From positions 1 through 64,000 of the forward strand of contig ML978121.1 in NCBI GenBank assembly GCA_010015805.1: a DNA stretch of 64,000 nucleotides, in the 5' to 3' direction. The position numbers were made by a program, and so were the translations under genes. This DNA is from Rhizodiscina lignyota (lineage: Eukaryota). Below, piece by piece: positions 60,801 to 64,000 of the stretch. Below the pieces are notes generated by a model. That model had not been told where the DNA came from and did no database searches. It was given only the letters and a program-made list of their open reading frames with translations. Every line of letters begins with the position of its first letter. The first letter of the stretch is position 1.

Positions 60801-63800
60801 CCAGAACCTTCAGGTTGTTAACATACTAATAGTGTAGTTTCAACCTCAAGGCGAGGTCATTGTCGTCCTTGACCACCAGTGTCTTCTCGCGGCGGAAGTT
60901 CTCTCTGTCCGAAGAGTTGATAGTCGTGAACTCGCTCTGCTTGAACGGTGTGTCCTGCATATCAATGCTCATCATAAGCAGATGCGAAAGCTCGACAACG
61001 TGCACAGGGCTAACGCCGCCTTTGCGAAGGAAGTTCGTCCAATCCTTCTTTGTGTTGTGGTCGAAGATGCGGTACTTGAAATCGAACGGTAGCAGATTTT
61101 GCACTTCGACTGGAGCGGCTAGCTTGATACGCATATAAGGATAGACTCTGTGCCACATTAGAATAATCTGGATTGGGGGGCGCTGTGTAAACTTACCCTG
61201 TCAATGGATCTTTCTTGTCAAACGCTGCATTGAGCTGGAAGAAGAAAGGCGGCACACTATCATCATGTTCGCCCTGGCATTGCAACGTTCTCGTGGGTCG
61301 CTTTAGTAGATCCTTCCAAAAGAGCCGCTCGTTGCTCCAGGTATATCCAAATCCTTGATCAGGTCGAACAATGAGCGAGTGCAGGAAAGCTGCACCCACA
61401 GGCGCGGGTCTCGAATCACCAGGAGGAATTTTCTCAATCTTGAGCAAGTGCCCCTCTTCTGGGCTGTACACTCCAATCTCAACCGGTATCTGCGTGTTGT
61501 TTTCCACTAGTAGCGGCGATCTGAACGTGATGTACTTTATGTTATCTTGACCAAGATTGACCTCGACAAGCATGCGGTGAAGGACCTTGTCCTTCCTTGG
61601 CTTGAGATTGTACAGCGTTTCGCCTTCACGGTTAACGGGAATGCGATCGATGCTGTCGAAACCACTAGCCTCAAGGCGGCAGCCAACAATGCCAGTCGCC
61701 CCTTCGGGTGAGAGAGTCTCACGCGTCGTGAGTGGGTCTTCGAACCGCCAAGGGGCTTCATCGCCATCAGCAAGCTTCACAGCGGCGTCATCGTCATCAT
61801 CAGATTTTCCGACGGCCCACACATTCATATCGAAGCCGGTATGATTTCGAATGCGGTACGGCGCATCCATCTTTCGCGGTTTTGAGAGAATATCCTCGTC
61901 CGTTGATAGAAAGTCCACCGATTTGCTCGCAAGCGCAATCGTAGCGGATGTGATTGTGAGCTCCATTGACTTCCGCGAATACAACTCCAGACTCAGCTTA
62001 TCCGGATTCTGCTCCTTGCTCATATGGAAACCCAAATTCCATGGCTCGATGAGCGGCTCCCATGCGGATTTCGAGAAGTTGTAGACATTGAAGAACGTAT
62101 CGATGCTAGTATCAGCGATCATGGCACTTGACCAATCTCTAACTTCGACGGCGAATGCCTTCACACTCCAATCCAGCATCGGTAACTCATGCTTGTCACC
62201 GATCAATACAACCCGGATTCCCTGCATAGAAATCTTCATTTCTTCTCGTCTGATGACACCCGACGCTGACTCCTGCCTCTCGGGGAGAGCTGGGCGTTGC
62301 GTCTTCTTCGAGGATATAGATTTCGCTCTTACACGATTGGTAGTGGAACCTCCAAGAGTAGACTTTTGGCGCTCGCTCTTGCTCTGGCTTTCAATTTGTT
62401 TCAGCTTCTTGGGTCCTTCGTCAGCCATCTTCCCTTCATCGCTGTTCATCTCAGATGCTCGAGTAAAAATCTGCATTGCTAGAAGGATATCGCGCAGAGA
62501 GAGACGTAGCACCAGGGGCTCGATGTCGACATTGATGCTAGTGAGAGACGACTCTTTGCCTTGGTTCCGCATATCCAGGGACGTTTGAATGCTAAAGTCA
62601 TCCAAGATGCGAAGTCTTGTCGTCTCGAACTGATCCATTCGGCAAAGGAACATGCCGATCTTGTCAACTTGCAAAGTCATCGCATGCTGCTTCGCAATTA
62701 AGACCTGCTTCGTGCCGAGGACGATGGCTTCAGAGTTGTATATCGCAGGATTAGCAATCAGAACCACCTGGGCATCGACGACGTTGACGCGGAACGAAAT
62801 GTCCATGCCTCCCTCTTCCGCAGGTTTCTCAGGCTCAGGTGCAGCTGGTCTGTGAGCAATATCTCCAGACTGCATACTGTTGCCGCTCTTTGCCTCATCT
62901 GAGGTCTCCTCTGCTTCCTCTTCTTCTATTTGCAGAGGCTCATCAGTGGCTAGGCCAGCATTGACCCAAGCCTGAACAGCAAAGAGATAGTCGAGCGCAA
63001 GAATAACCCTCGGGCTGTCAACGGTAAGTAGTGCAACAAGATGTCTGTCCTCTCCGCCAGAAATGGATACGCTTGCCATGAATTGCTGCTTGACATCTGT
63101 GTTGATGAGAGACATGATCTTGCGGAACTTATTCGACTCCATCTTCCGACTATCCTTGATAGTGAAAGACTGCACCAGTAACTCCGACTCCAGCGCACCA
63201 TCACTGATCATACGGAGCTTGACACTAGTCTGGTTCAGGGAGAACTTGGACAAACTTGCTGCTTCCAGGTCGCCGATTGGTTCATACTCCTTGCCCTTGA
63301 TGAGTTCGAGGCCCATCGCGCCAACCTTGAAAACGAGGTCGAGCTTGGTCCATTTGTCTGGACCTGTGCCCAGTTCAGGATTTTGGATGGTAGGCTTTAA
63401 CTGTTTGTTCTTCTCGGACTCTTCTTGGTCTGTAAGAGCTCGAGCGGGCTGAACGGTCGCGTCAGGCAGTTCTTCCTCAACCTCCTCTTGGATGTCCTCG
63501 TCAGGATCAGTCTGGAAGGCTGCTGGGATTGACCGCGACAGCTCCAAGGCAAACTTCAGCTGCTCTTGTGTGATCTTGAGATTGATGTCCGACATAGAAC
63601 CGTCGATCTCAAGGTCTGGACGCTCGTACCCAGGCTTGTGCTCGATATACGTTATCTTGAAATCAAGATCAACCTTATCGATCAACTCAAGCTCTTCTGA
63701 TTGGTTGTCTTCGTAGTGGAATAATGACGTCAGACGGGTATTCCTCACACCAGCAGACAGCTTGTTCGCAGTGTCTGCGTCTTTCGAGTCATCAAGCGGT

Positions 63801-64000
63801 TCGAATTTGTTGTTTGCATATATTTCTCCTAAATATGCCGTGACAGAGTCTCGTGCTGGATTTTCCGTCATGACCATCCTGGGGAAGACGACAATTGGGG
63901 ACCTGATGAGGATGTCGAAGTGCATCTTGTTCGCTCGTTCTTGCACCTTGCTGGCCTGTTCGGCTGCTGCTTGGCGGGCCGCATTGAAGATGGCCTGCAT
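57873..64000 (-). CDS. VPS13: Vacuolar protein sorting 13 lipid-transfer protein (3' part; 5' end outside window)
   Basis: WEPLIEPW, PYRIRN.TG, VAB repeats, WIQIDNQL, GSADFLGNPVGLF, ATG_C-like GVGKGLLG..KP and C-terminal PH-like domain. Introns near 61150-61195, 60772-60826 and 60354-60409. Confidence 0.95.

Noticed and set aside
5223..63716. Numerous antisense or alternate-frame ORFs overlapping real genes (e.g. 5223-5897, 16626-17177, 54046-54741)
   Set aside because: Shadow ORFs from GC-rich codon usage with no independent motifs.

Overview
Intron-containing filamentous ascomycete (Pezizomycotina, probably Dothideomycete-like) genomic DNA. Bases 1 to ~2700 are AT/TpA-rich RIP-mutated transposon debris with short TG..CA LTR-like units and a hairpin cluster. 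The rest is gene-dense. Conserved genes: an SDH1-like flavoprotein that looks like a divergent paralogue, RDH54, PSD1, a USA1/HERP-like UBL protein, PRP38, IPK1 and the 3' part of VPS13. Interspersed accessory genes: CYP52-type P450, AAA+ ATPase, MYND protein, two MFS transporters, and a metallophosphoesterase that closely resembles actinobacterial phosphopantetheinyl hydrolase PptH. There are three Zn2Cys6-centred mini-clusters: (i) TF + Dabb pseudogene + beta-hydroxyacid dehydrogenase + amidohydrolase; (ii) SDR reductase + AKR + TF; (iii) TF + internally deleted MFS and sulfatase pseudogenes. A 92-aa three-exon gene and several pseudogenes absent from the ORF track were reconstructed by hand. 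Intron coordinates come from manual reading of GT/AG and branch sites. Family calls come from recognised motifs, not database searches.
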